DNA from: Camelus dromedarius
Taxonomy: Eukaryota
Assembly (NCBI RefSeq): GCF_036321535.1
Contig: NC_087447.1
Span: 32,986,001-33,050,000 of the forward strand
Length of the DNA stretch: 64,000 bases
Direction of reading: 5' to 3'
The translations under genes and the position numbers were made by a program. Below, piece after piece: positions 49,679 to 62,824 of this stretch. Numbering within the stretch: the stretch's first letter is position 1; each line of letters begins with the position of its first letter. The notes under the pieces were generated by a model. The model did not search any database. It had not been told where the DNA came from and worked only from the letters and a program-made list of their open reading frames with translations.

Positions 49679-49788
49679 CTCCGACTTTACAAAACTAAAT
49701 CTACAGGGTATTTTAGGAGTAAAATTATGTTGTTTTAATCCCTCCTTGCATCTTCCCCAATATCTCCTACCAAGAAGCATAAAATATA

Positions 49789-49959
49789 AACAACAAGTTT
49801 CTTCTGTAGAGCACAGGGAACTACATTCAATGTCTTATAGTACCCTATAATGAAAAAGAATATGACAATGAACACGTGTATGGACATGTATGACCGAAAC
49901 ATTGTGCTGTATACCAGAAGTTGACACAACATTGTAAACTGATGTTTCAATTTTTTTTA
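49789..49959 (+). mobile_element. Short L1 3'UTR end with TSD
   Basis: aacaacaagtttcttctgtagagcacagggaac...; TSD aagaagcataaaatata (49772-88) / aaaaagcataaaatata (49960-76). Confidence 0.88.
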
Positions 49960-50229
49960 AAAAAGCATAAAATATAGAGAAAAGTAAGAGTGAAAAGCAC
50001 TCTGGTGGCTATTCTGATATATAAAACCAAACATCCAGGTATCTATAATCCTCGCTTATCACATCATTCTGGTCTCAAGCACACAGTATACTGCGTAGCC
50101 TAATATTTAATTATTGGCCCCCAAATCACCTTCAACTCTTTGACTCTCTGTGTTTGTATCGCAGTCCTGATAGTGTTTTCCACTTTCCTTTTCAACGGTA
50201 CTAATAATAATGGCAATAGTGGTGATAAA

Positions 50230-50440
50230 TTCCATTTCTCAATGACCTATTAAGTGCCTTACAGCCTTCATATCGCATTTCACCTTTACAGCCATGCTGT
50301 GCATGAGTCACGCTACCCTCATTTTCGGATAAGAAAGCTGGCTTAGAGAAGCAAAAGTAAGTTATCAAAGGTTGTACCACTACTAAGTGGCAACCTGGGT
50401 TTTGAGCCCAGAGTTGTAACCACATCACTAAACTGTCTCT
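50230..50440 (-). mobile_element. MIR SINE
   Basis: cattttcggataagaaagctggcttagagaagc...gggttttgagcccag. Confidence 0.65.
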
Positions 50441-51960
50441 ATTTAGGGCTTAGTCACCTACTACATGCAGATCATGTGCTGGGCCCCGAGAAGTCTAAAA
50501 GTAGGCATGCAAATTGCTCCCATCCCCAAGAAGCTCACAATCACATAGCAGAGAGCAGCACAGATAAAACCAAGCGGAATAAATGTGATCAGTGCCACTG
50601 TAGCAGCATGAACGAGGTGCTGAGAGGGCGTGGAGGAGAACATGATTCACTGTGCCTGGTCCATCAGGCAAAGCTCTGCTACGGAGCTGGCATGTGAGTT
50701 GGGAGTGGAGCAATGAATGGGATTTTTGCCAGGCAGAGAAGTGCAGGAAAGGATACAGTTCAGGTCAAGGTTGTGTCCTGCTGAAAAGGTACCAAATAAA
50801 AGAAGAAAATGAACAGGTGTTTGTAACTCGCATCAAGGTTAGAGACTGAACATTAGAACAGAATACAGTAAGCCCTGCAGAGAAGCAGGAGCATTTTAGA
50901 ATCTCTGAGCCGTCCTTTCCATCACTCCATTGTCCCATCCACTTCCCAGATGTGTTACTTATCTTAAGGCACAAGCATATACACTACCTGGATATCTGCG
51001 TATAGACTGTTCTGTTGTTCTGCCCACTCTTCTAGTTAGCTAGTGTAGGACAGTGCATTGCTAATCTTCTGTACTACACTAACTAGTAAGAAATAAGTTT
51101 TATATCAGAAACCCTTACATTACACATAGGCAACCAGAAATATAAAATGTACTTAGTATGTGTAATACATTCTAATATATTCTACTGTATCGCCTTCTAT
51201 TACATTGTATCTTCTTCCAGATATTGTATCATGTTGTATTCTTCTGTATGTAATTTATACATGCAGTTTTGACCCAAAGATGTGGTTTTCCACCAATAAC
51301 CTGTGACTTAAACTGTGTACTCTTTTCATACATTTTTGGTAACTGCCATGTTCTAGTCCATGGTCTTTTGTGATAGGATGGGGGTACAGAGTCACTTTTA
51401 GATAAATCTTGAGATCTCCAAGTTGAGATGTTGGTCTTAGCTCCAGAAAGACTGATACAAGAAGAACATGAATACAACTGTTACTTCCAATGGATGTAGT
51501 TGAAGCAGAGACCATACGGTTTGCAAAGTTGAAATACTTGCTATCTAGGCCTTTAGAGACAACCTTTACAGAAGATGGACTAGCCAGGAGTGACACAGGT
51601 TGAAGGGAGAGATAATGTACCTTTTGCATTGGGGGGGGGGGGCTCTGTACATATGCTTCTTTCGCTGGACTATGAGATAGGATCAGCATCATGTTTTTGC
51701 AACTCTGACTTCCTCTCTCTCATCTTGAACTCTGGTGATACTAAATCCATATATGTTGGTAGAATAAACCAATTATACAGAAAAAAATGAAAAGTCTGCG
51801 AAGATAGTCATATATAAACTACACCATAAAATCTGAGATAAACATTTGATCAAGTCTGATTAATTCAGCTTTAAAAACTTACCAAGCATCTACTATGTGC
51901 TAGACACTGGAGGCTCTAAAAAGATATGATCCCTGTTTTCTAGGATCTGCGATTCTACTA

Positions 51961-52170
51961 CAATAGTTCTTTCTGGGGGCAATTTCCCCCCGGGGGACAT
52001 GTAGCAATGTCTGGAGACACTTTCAGTTCTTACGACCAGAAGAGTGCAACTGGTGGCTGTGCTGGTGAGTAAAGACCAGGGATACTGCTGAACATCCCAC
52101 ACGCGCAGGACAGCCTCACAACGAAGAATTATCCAGCCCAAAATGTCCACGTGGCTAAAGCTGAGAAAAG
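51961..52170. mobile_element. MER20, near full length
   Basis: gggggcaatttcccccc...gcaatgtctggagacacttt...aagaattatccagcccaaaatgtc...gctgagaaa. Confidence 0.85.
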
Positions 52171-52194
52171 ACAGCCAGTCCCTTATTGAGAAAT

Positions 52195-52565
52195 TAACAC
52201 ATACTTATTTGGTACCCTCTGTACCAAGGACTATTCCAAGAACCTGCAGGCCTCACACAGAACAGACAAAAGTATTTCAACATATGGGCTTATATTCTAG
52301 TGGGAAGATACAGACTAACAAAATACATGTCAGTGACATAGAAGTTAGATGATGGCAAGCATAATGGTGAAAAACAGAGCAGAGCAGGAGGGTGGGAAGT
52401 GTGCCAGTGGGGACAGTTGCAATTGAACATGGTGATCGTGGAAGGCCTCACTGAGGTGGCATTTGAGAACAGACCCAAGGAGGAGAAAGAGTGAGCCAGG
52501 CAGTTATCAAGGAGAAGAGTGTCCCAGGCTGAAGATACAGCAAGTGCAAAGGCCTTAAGGAGCAG
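52195..52565 (-). mobile_element. L2a 3' fragment
   Basis: gaaggcctcactgaggtggcatttga...cagcaagtgcaaaggcct. Confidence 0.75.
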
Positions 52566-53274
52566 ATGGTGCAGATTACCTGACGCCTTACAGATCCTAA
52601 CATACGCAAAGCCAAAAGGAGGTGGAAAGGGTTGCTTCTGGCTGGAAAAGTCAAGGATGGCTCCACAGAAGAGCTGATGCCTCAGATGAATCAGAAAAAT
52701 AATAATAATAAATAATCAAGCAGATGAAAACCAAGGATGTTAAAGCCAGGGGGAAGCAACAGCGTGTGCAAAGGTACAGAGGTATGGAACATGACTGGGT
52801 AGAACCCAAGGTGGCTCAGCCACCTGGAAAAGGGGCTGTGAGAAGGGGGAGCAGGGCTGAAGCTGGGATTCTCTAAATCCAGGGTTTGGGCTGCTTCACA
52901 GAAGGGCCACTTCCATTCTGCCTGTCTCACCAGAAACCCACCAGTCTTATGAACGATTTAGGATGGCCAATATCATCCTATTTTTCCACAATTCAATTTC
53001 ATTCCAAGTAAGAGTGGTCTTTTTCTTCGGAAAGCAGAATCAAAATGTTGAACAGGGATTCATTTCTATGATTTCAAAGTCTCTGAAATGTAGAATTGGA
53101 AGAATTGTATAAAACAATTCAACAGGAAATTACTAAGAACGTGGGAAGGAGGGGTATTCAGCACCAACTGTGTGTACCTGGGCGGCAGGGGTAGGGGTGG
53201 GGGGTGGAAATCACTGACACATTACCCAAAAACCCCAGGAGCCTCAATAAGCCTTCAGCACCACCTCTGGCTCC

Positions 53275-53620
53275 ATAAATGGTTAAGAGCACGACTCTGG
53301 AGATCTTGGTCCCTGTCATGGCTCCAGCCCTTATTAGCTGATTTTCCCCTAGCTCTACTGAGACATAATTGACATATGACATTGTGTATGTTTCACATGT
53401 GCATGTTGCTGTGATACATTTACATATTGCAGAACAATTACCATCGCGACTGATTTTGGAAAGTTGCTTCTTCTCCTTGAGCATCAAACTCCTTATCTGT
53501 ATAACAAGATCAGTAAGAGAACCTACATCATACTAATACTGAAGGGCTGAAGTAAGACAGAGCACACAAAGTACTCGGCATAATGACCACATATCATAAG
53601 TGTTCAAGAAATATTAGTTC
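53275..53620 (+). mobile_element. MIR interrupted by a ~100-bp minus-strand L1 3' end (53346-53449)
   Basis: MIR halves flank tactgagacataattgacatatgacattgtg...; direct repeat ctgatttt at 53338-45 and 53450-57. Confidence 0.7.
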
Positions 53621-53763
53621 TTTTTAAATCTGTCCATCTCTCTCTAGGTGAATTAAATACAGTACAGCATTTTCTTTCAAATACCAAAACTCTGCAGCCC
53701 ACCTTCCCTAACCAGCAAACAAATCAACACCAGAGTTTAAGAGCTTGTTGAGCACTGGAACCT

Positions 53764-53808
53764 AACAACAACAAAACAACAAAACAACAACAACAACAAC
53801 AACAACAA
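53764..53808. repeat. (CAA)n/(CAAAA) microsatellite
   Basis: aacaacaacaaaacaacaaaacaacaacaacaacaacaacaacaa. Confidence 0.9.
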
Positions 53809-55477
53809 ATGATGAGGGGGATCAAGACAAAAACCTAAGAAGAGAAATTGAACAAGAGATGCTGTTTATATTTCAAAAATTTAGGAAATTAGTTCAAGAC
53901 TCCCTACGACATAAAAAGTAAGGCAACAGTTAAATGATGTCTTGGCAACAAAAACTCTGAAAGCAATTCAAAATGTGGCGTTCAGCATTTAAAGGAGTGT
54001 TAAGAAACGGGCGCCTGTAAGGGCTAGCTGTGAAAAGCAGCTGAGCAGCAAGCCTGGGGCGAGGGGGTCAGAGGTTCCCCACCGCACCGCCATATTGGAG
54101 CGCGACACATCTATTTTCCCTGGAGGTCATGGTCTAGAGACTTTTAAGAAATAAATTCCAGCAGGCTCTCCCAGGGAAAAGTATTCTGTGATTTTATACA
54201 ACTGCATGGAATTAGATGTTAAATCTTGAGTGAGATATGGATCTAAGCTGCAAAGTCAGTAGCTGGGTAATTTGGGTGGACCCGAGTTCTCCAGAAAGGG
54301 CTCTTCCATTTCCCACCTCCATCTTGAGAAACCTGACCGGTTTTCTGAGATTTGAAAAGCTTTTTTTTTTTTTTTTGGCTTTGTTTTAAAAAGCACTCCA
54401 TAAGAATCTTTCAGGGTAATTTGTCATGGTATCTTCCTTCTGCAAGTGGGAAAACTAAGAAGAGAGAAATGGATGACGTGCCAAAGAGAAAGTTAATTAG
54501 GAAGCAGAGAGGAGGAAATTCAAGCTCTGGGATTCTGAGACTTGATGCCAACTTCACTCAGTGGGAGTAAAATAGTTTGGGGTTTTAGGAAGCAGGGAGG
54601 GAAGGAGAGAAGGTAGAAATAAGGGAGGAAGGAAAGATGACAGGAGAAAGAAGAGAAGAAAGAAAAATAATTACCATAGCAATCAGACCCGACAGCAAAC
54701 ACTGCTCTCCCCACCTCCACTCCTGAACACCCAACACAGACAGACACCTAGGATGTCAAATGAAAGGCTTCTGGACATGGGCACCAAGGGTGCCAATCTC
54801 ACCATCTTCCAGCTGCATCACCTGAGGCTAACCTAGAAATACCCTCATGACAAAATGGAAATAAAAATAGCACCCTCTTTACATGGTAATTATAAGAAAC
54901 AAGAGTTACCGTAGGTCAAATACTTAGTTCCAGGAGGTCAAAAAATTTTAATTACTGACAGTATTAAGTACATACTCAACCACACAATGGGGAAACCAAC
55001 GTGGGACAAGTATCCTGCTGTGTGGGATCCAAGGGTAAATAAAACCCTAATTCACAGGGCTATCAGCCTACATTTGTATTTTGTTGAAAATGGACTATTT
55101 TTCAATTCCATGCTTGAAGGTCCCAATCAAGGAATCCAGAGTTAGAATTATTCATTATTGTGTTGGAGAATGCCAAGAATTTCAAAGAGCACTGCTTGCT
55201 GGAGGAGTCAAAACATCTATCTGACCTTTCCTTGGCTGCCCTCAGAGTCAAAACCCAGGGTCCTCTTAAGCGAGCTTGTCTGATTAATGGCGGCTTCCAC
55301 GTTCATACACGCCCACGGGGCCCCAGCCTTCGCCGCCGCCCGAGTATCTGTCTTTCTCGATGTTGGGCTATATCTCATCTACAACATAAGCTGTCTTCAT
55401 TCTTGAGCTCATGTTATTTTTGAAATATTTAGGCTCAAATCCCTCAAAACATATTTCTAATTTATAGGCGGCAGGGT

Positions 55478-55645
55478 GGAGGTAAAAGAACACAGTCCCT
55501 GGAATCAGAGGCACCTGCATTAAATCACCAGCTGTGTGACCTTCAGCTCAGTGACTCAGCTTCTCTGAGCCTGTTTGCCCACTTACGAGATGAAGACATA
55601 AATACCTCTTCTGCAAGTTGTGGCAGAAGTTAAAAGACAAGATAA
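55478..55645 (+). mobile_element. MIR SINE
   Basis: ctggaatcagag...agctgtgtgacctt...cttctctgagcctgttt. Confidence 0.7.
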
Positions 55646-56544
55646 AGATGAAAGAAGGTGGCATAGAGCCGGATGTACTGCCTTCTCTCCAGATCTGCCC
55701 CTCGCCACTTTCTCCAGCCACCTCACCCCAGCAGAGGCGGCTCCCTGCACAGGCTGAGCTTGCTTGTCTCTCCATCTGGGCAGCCCACTTGACGGTGGCC
55801 ATGAAGGGATGAAGCAAGAAGCTGTGGCTGACTGTTTCCTGAGGGCGCCATGAAGGAGTTTTCAGGACGGCCAGCTCTCCGCCCAGCTGGGGAGCTGTTC
55901 CCAGCTCAGACTCTCAGCTGAATCCTCTCACACAGAGAAAAATTTGAAATACGTCCCCGTGTCCACAGTGTGCAGAGACTGCTCGATCTGATCAGTGTAC
56001 TATGGTCCCAGCAAGGAGATGACAGGTACAGAGCAGCCAGGTTAGAGGGACAGAAAAACGAGGTGGGACATCTCACAGCCCAGCCAGCATATGCAGAGTG
56101 CACAGGAGAGAAGCTGAGCGCCCGACCCCTACAGCCAGCAGGTAAGACATGGGCTTCCAGGACTATCTTCTTTCCTTGAATAAGAGTCAGAAGTTGGAAG
56201 GAAGCTCAGGTCACAAAAACAAAAATCAAAAAACCACTTTGCAAAATAGACCATGAGAGGTAAGGACACCACTGAACAGGATCCAGAATGGATCAAATTT
56301 ATTATTAAAGCCACACTGATGAAAGGTCACCCCTAGATTTTTGTTTGCTCATTTGTTTTTTCAGTGAGAAGGAATGTGGAAAGAATATCAGAATCCACTG
56401 CACACCTCAGTAATCTCTTCTCTAACATTACGCTTAAAATTTATTTGGTTCTTTAAATAAAGCGTGGGTTCCAAAATTCTCATCAAACACTTTCATTTCT
56501 TTTATAAAATTTTCTGTTAAAAAAAAAATTTAAGAACTGTTGAT

Positions 56545-57250
56545 CCATGCATTCAAAAGCTTACTATGCACCAAACACCCTGCTAGGCAGTTAATATATC
56601 ACAATAATCAGAACAGATAATGTCCCTAATTTTATGATGCTTATTTTAGTGGAGGAAAAACAAAATAAGCAAACAAAAGGACAAAAATTCAGGTAACAGA
56701 AAGTGCAGTGGGGAAAACTAAATCAGACTACGGGGTAAGTGTCAGGAGAGGGGTGATGGTTTATGTCATGGAGTCAAAGGTCTAATCAATCAACATTTGA
56801 ACAGACACATAAAGGATGAGAGAGCAGACCAGACAGATATTGGGGTGATGAGTGTTCTGGCCAAAAGGAACAGCTTAGTGTCAAGGCCTGGGCACAGACA
56901 GAGCACATCTAGGAAGTGCAAGGAGGACAGTTCGGGGCTGAGTCACAGGAGGTGGTAACAGAAAGCCCGCGAATCTCAGTTCTCCGGGGGTCTTCAGGAT
57001 ACTCGGGGACTTGGGTTTTTCACTCTGAATGAAATGGCCACTGGAATGTTTTGTGCTAAAGAATAACATGAGGTCACTTAGGTTTTAATAGGATCTTTCC
57101 AGGGGCTGTGTTGAGGAAAAGAGACCGTGGGGTGGGACAGGTAAGAGTGGAAGCGGACAGACCTGGGAGAAAGCTATCATAGTACTTCAGATGAGAAACT
57201 GACGGTCCTCTAAGCTGCTGTGATAAAAGCGGAGGCATGAGAGAAGTCAG
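56545..57250 (-). mobile_element. L2a 3' fragment
   Basis: catgcattcaaaagcttactatgcacc...ttttcactctgaatgaaatgg...ggttttaataggatc. Confidence 0.8.
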
Positions 57251-57555
57251 CGGCTCCCCCGTCACCTATGGATGAGGCAGACTCTGCATAGTCAAGGCAA
57301 GATTTCTGTCCAAAGGAGACACACTGGATTAGCAACATGTCTCTGGTCCTCCTCCTACAGAGCTATGAATTAGGGAGGCTTTTTTTGGCAATAATACGGA
57401 CTACATTTACTTTTTCTGCCCGGAATTCTCTTCCCCATTGGTAAACTGGGTTAGACTTGGTCTCCAAATTTCAGGATGAACATCTCCTGAACTGGAAAGC
57501 ACTTTCTGATGGGTGGTCCTCCCCCACTCCAGGACTCCAGTCTCTGTGAAAAGCC

Positions 57556-58009
57556 TGCATTATATTCCTAGGGCTGCCAGAGCCAATTACCACTGACTAG
57601 GCTGGTTAAAACAAACTAAAAATTATCTTCTCTCAGTCTGAAATCAAGGGGTCAGCAGGATGGTTCCTTCTGGAGGCTCAGCGGGAGACTGTCCCATGCT
57701 ACTCCCCTAGCTTCTGGTGGCTGCCAACAATTGCTGGCATACTGTGGCTCCTGGCTTCCTAAATCCAATCTCTGCCCCCACCTTTCTACGGCCTTCCCCT
57801 TGTGACTGTGTCAATCTCCCTTTCATTTCTCTTACAATGACATCATTGGATTCAGGACCCATGCTAAATCCTGGATGGTATCACCTTAAGATCTGTAATT
57901 TAACTGGATCTGCAAAGACCGGGTTTCCAAATAATGTCACATTCACAGGTGCTGGGAGTGAGGACTTGGACATATATTTAAAGGGAGGGACACCATTTGA
58001 CCCACCACA
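57556..58009 (-). mobile_element. MaLR solo LTR (MLT1B/C-like)
   Basis: tg...ca termini; ttcctagggctgcc...tctgcaaagacc...tttccaaataatgtcacattcacagg...cccaccaca. Confidence 0.85.
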
Positions 58010-59436
58010 AGGTCGCTCCTGTATTCCTTCAGAGACCCTCTGGTACACTTCATCACTTACCATACTGTCCTCGGTCTTCTTACTCATCTGTCCGGCCTAA
58101 CAGATGTGCAAGTCTCAAGTAGACGGACCATATCTTTCACCTCTCTGTCTCCTTGGCACATAATACATAATCAATCACTTCTCACCGAATAAATTAATTA
58201 CAAATCATACAGTAGACTTCCAAAACCAGCAAAAGATTCAGTTGAGTGTCACCAGGCAGTTTAAATGTCCCATTATAATTGGAGAATTTACTTGGATGAC
58301 TTTTGTTGGCCTTTTACAAATGCTTTGGCTTTGACTTTTCTCCTTGAACAGAACAGAATATACAGTATAAATGAATTTATATACCTATGCATTGGGCAAC
58401 GGAAAAGAATCCTTAACAAAAAAAAAAGATACTTGTTCAGTATTAGTGGTTTTTGAACTTCTAAACAAAACCAACCTCAATAGGTTAAATCATGTTAAAT
58501 GTTAAATCTTCTCTTCTTTCACTAGCTATTCATGATACTGACATTTTCCATTTGTATGATCAACTTCAAAAATGGTATCAGAGACCTCCAACATCCAGAA
58601 TGGTGCTGCATCTAGTAGCTCCACCTAAGGAACTACTGGTGTGGAGAACGGTGTCAAAGCAGTAAGCACGGGAGAAAACATCTAGGAATCCAGAAGAGGT
58701 GAATGAGATTATCATCTAAAAGTGTGTTCTGATTCTATCTCAAATTAGGAAAAAAGCAATTGATGATCACTAGATACAAAGTCTGAGAACTTGAGAAGCA
58801 GTAGACAGAAAAGACATGGAAGAAAGAGAAGTAGAGATTGGCTACAGCAACAGAAGCCATGTCAAAGATTAAAAGCAGGGGAGTTGAGGACTTACGACAT
58901 TTCTTGATGTGAAGATGGAGAGAACATGTGGACAGAGGGGATGGAGGTTACAGTTTCTCAGAGCTCAGAGTAGCGACCTCCTGGGCATGACTGCAGAGAG
59001 GTCCCACGGTCTATCAGATTTCTAAAATCTGCAGGTTATGTCGAGGCAACTGGTGGAAGAACTGTCTTCCATATTTCAAGAGCAGCAGAGTAAGCGTGAT
59101 TACAGTCTAGCAGGTTGTTGAAACATTCAGTGAAAGGCCAAACCAATTCATGGTCTTTTTATTGGTTTCATGGGGCATTACTGTGATCAGTAATACTCAG
59201 ACAGAGCCATGCTCATGAGGACGTGCTGAGCAATCGAGGGCGCAGACTGATGCTTGGTTTTCTTCTATTATGCACTATGGTTGTAGACAAGGAAATTAAA
59301 ACATATAGAGGTTAAGTAACTTACCCACATAGTAAATGGCTTGTGAGTGGGGTTTAGAAGGATAAATAGGAGTTTTTCAGGTAAATAAGATGGTGCAAGA
59401 TATTGTAACAGAATGAACATAGGGATAGGCATTTTA

Positions 59437-59955
59437 GTGTGTGCTGTGAACATTTGTTGTTTTTGCCAGTTCCACATCCACTCTCCATGAATAGTAACCC
59501 AATGTATTGTTTTATTTCAGGAATCCCCCTTATCCTTGCTCTCAGTTCATGTGGATGGGGTTGAATTCATTGCATGTCCCAGTTGTAAGAATGGACATAT
59601 AAAACTAAGCCAATTCAAAAAGGCCATTTTCTTGATGCTACCACGGCATTGGGGTGGCAGTAAGTACCCTCAATCCAGTGAAACTGCTTAGCTAATAAAA
59701 GTCTGGAACTGCCAGTGGTCATCTTTCCTCCCACTTGAGAGAACCTGACCAAGAAAGGAATCTAATGCAGAAAAATTCAGACTGAAGAAATGGGAAAAGA
59801 GAGAGACGTTTTTCCTCACACTAATTTGGAAACCTTGAGTCCAGCAGCACTTGGTCTATCCCTGTTCTGCTAGTTTCAGGAGTCAGTAAATTCCCTGGTG
59901 TGCTTATGCCAGTCACCAGTTTAAGTTGGGTTTGCATCACTTCCAACTAAAACAT
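59437..59955. mobile_element. MaLR LTR (MLT1J/K-like)
   Basis: ggaactgccagtggtcatctt...cagtaaattccct...tttaagttgggtttgcatcacttccaac. Confidence 0.65.
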
Positions 59956-59969
59956 TTTTTTAACTAATA

Positions 59970-59972
<3 letters not shown>

Positions 59973-60000
<28 letters not shown>
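59973..60000. repeat. A28 homopolymer
   Basis: Seen directly. Confidence 0.95.
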
Positions 60001-62204
60001 CCAAAACCAAGCTTCTCAATCTTGGGAACTTCTGTAAGTTCAGCATTGGTGGAACCTCAAGTGCTAAGAAAAGAGGTGTAGGCAGAAGCAGACTGTGAGC
60101 CCAGGTGGGTAAAAGTCGACATGACATGAAGGTGCCTGTGGCTGCTGGCTGGCACTAGTGGTACAGACCTCACAGACACGGTTTTAAGTGCTATGAACAA
60201 CTCAGAGCTCATCAACAGCCGCACTGAAGAAACCGCTTACAAGTTGGAAGGACTCCTTGGGAGAAGACATCCTCCTTTTCAGGGAGATCATTTAGGGCAA
60301 TCAGTCCAGCCGCACCGCCCCAGACAGCACGCAGCCGTGACACAGGGGGCTCTAGGAGGCGTGAAAGGCCATGGCTTGGAACGAAACTGGGACCTGTGGT
60401 CAGAAGACAGTGTTCATGTCCCGAGCATCTCTTCCCAACCATACAGCAACTGGGTGACCTTAGAGAAATCATGTAACACTTTGGAAATAGAGGGAATGAC
60501 CCTCTACCCTGTCAAGCTGGCAGAGTTTCAGAGCGGTCCAAATAAGACATGGAAGTGCAAATGCTTTGGAATCTGTAAAGTTCTATGCAAATGTCCACTC
60601 TCACTGATGTCAGGAGACCAGGGATTAAGCGTAAGTTTGACACTCATTTTCTGTGTGATCATGACCAGGTCCTTAAACCCCTGGGATCTCATTTCACTTG
60701 TAAGAAGAGATCGAACTCCATGGTGTTGAACGTTCCTTCCAATTATAAGATGATTTCAGGAATTCTCCAATTCTCTATGTTCCCTTTGTTGAAAAGAGGC
60801 AAAGAGTCCAGTTTAACAAAATCATTGGGGTTTTTCCAGAAGGCAAAGGCCACGCTACTTCTGAAGCCAGAGTCCAACCACAAGTAACTTTCAGAGCCGA
60901 CAGCACCTACAGCTACAACGCTAAATTCCCAACAGAAGCACAATTCCCACTGTTAACACTGTGTAACAAACAGGTTCAATCTGCATCGACTATTTGGTTT
61001 AGTAAAGCAGTTAGTTTGCTGTACATTCTTTGAGAAAGACCTCCATAAAATTTGTTACAATTCAACTTCTGGCACTTAACGGATTAAATTACAAGGAAAA
61101 TTCACTTCGAGCTGATACATCACTCCCTGGAGAAGCAGCACAACTGAGGTATTCATAATACAACAACGATCATTGCATAGCATTTTCACAGCCCAAAACT
61201 GCTGTGAAATTCACCGAGGCACCGTGATGAGGCAGACAGGCATTCCATTGTGAAGACAGGAAAAATAACACTTGGGGTGTAACTGGACATACACCCAAAA
61301 TACATAGTTAGTGGGTGGGACAGCTGGAAGTTGAATCTGGGGGTCTTTTGACTTTCAAGTATCTTTCTAGCAGGCTATATTCCCTCTTGGTACCAACTCT
61401 CCCAGGGTTACCATTAGGTGCCACTGCTCTTTCTCTGGTGTTATGTACACAGGGCAGTCTATTGAGTTTTTGAACATGGAAAAAAAATAAAATAACATAG
61501 TTGCGAGTGGCCCAGACCAGCTGAGTGTCATCAGCAGAGTTCAGATGAGTTTGTTGTCTGGGTTTACACAACCAAAGACACATCATGCAATCCTCTAGCT
61601 TCTATACTGAATTTCAGCCCCAGTGCCCACATGTGTGATTGATGGAACTCAATTAATACTGCTCTCTACTGCCTGATTTCTTAGTGACACCAAGTTATCT
61701 CAGCATGTTACCACCGCCCTGGAATCTCCCCACCGGCTTCTGCTACAACTGGGTATTGATTGAAAAATTCTATTACTGTGCTTAGTTACACAGCTTTCAA
61801 TAAACAGGTCACAGACGGCACGGTGGCTGGTTTCAAGGAGAGCTGAAAGACCCGAGGGCGATGGGATACCTGAGGAAATCAGCAAGAAGCCTTAGCTGCT
61901 CGGGCAGGATGCACAGACCTCCTTACTGCGGGGTGCCCTGTTAACTTAGTAAGTACAGAGTCACTTCTGGTCCTCAAATGAGGCACACTTGCTGGATACA
62001 AAACTGAAAATGTTTAACAGCAACCTGACTGTACTTTAAATAAAAACCAGAATAAAAACAATAAGCACTTGGCATGTGATGGTTTGGAGGGGCTAACACA
62101 CTCCTACTTTAGTTAGCATTGACTGAGCAACCCCTTCATTCCAGCCACCAAACTAGGTGCTAGAGATACTAAGAAAGATCAGGCATGATTGTAATCCCCA
62201 TTAT

Positions 62205-62430
62205 CAAGAATTGACAAGCCACAACCCACAGGCCCAATGTGGCCTCCCATCTATTTTTGTAAATAAAGTTTTATTGGAACAATGTCAAGCTCATTAATTT
62301 ACATATTGTCTTTGGCTGCTTTTGTGCTACAAAGGCAGAGTTGAGTAGCTGCAATAGAGAGCACGTGCCCCCACGAAGCTAAAATATCTACCACCTGGCT
62401 TTTTATAAAAAAAAAGTCTGCCGACCCATG
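62205..62430. mobile_element. MER58A (hAT-Charlie MITE)
   Basis: tttttgtaaataaagttttattggaac...ggcagagttgagtagctgc...tgccgacccatg. Confidence 0.85.
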
Positions 62431-62660
62431 GGCTAAACTACTGTGAGAGCAACAAGGACTAATGGACGATTTGAATGTAACATCCTAAGTTCCTAATCAG
62501 ACCACACAAGGGCAAGAAACCATTAAGGAGTGGTACCTAAGCTCTCCTTAGGCTGCCAAGAAGAACTGACGCATGTGCTGTCTCTGGAATAACGAGAGGC
62601 ATCTACCGGCAAAGAAAGGTAAGAAAAGAGAGGGAGGCCACAAAGCAGAAGGGCCTTCAC

Positions 62661-62824
62661 AAGCAAAAGTGCAAAGTTGTGGAACAAAAAGGTGGTGTGT
62701 GTGCATGGAAATGCAACCTCCAGGAGCAGCTGAATGATGTGCAAAGCAAAAGTGCAAAGTTGCAGAACAAGAAGGTGGTGTGTGTGCATGGAAATGCAAC
62801 CTCCAGGAGCAGCTGAACGATGTG
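62661..62824. repeat. Tandem duplication, period 83 bp, 2 copies
   Basis: 62661-62741 and 62744-62824 differ at 4 of 81 positions. Confidence 0.95.

Noticed and set aside
53157..53265. REST/RE1-like TTCAGCACC half-sites
   Set aside because: The GGACAG right half is absent; half-sites are expected by chance.
59973..60000. Poly-A as the tail of a processed pseudogene
   Set aside because: Upstream sequence is an MLT1 LTR; no ORF and no convincing TSD.
60193..60729. Longest ORF in the track (178 aa)
   Set aside because: No recognisable domain; it runs through MIR-like sequence and is of chance length.
62661..62824. Repeat array or CRISPR-like structure
   Set aside because: Two adjacent copies without spacers in mammalian DNA; a simple duplication.
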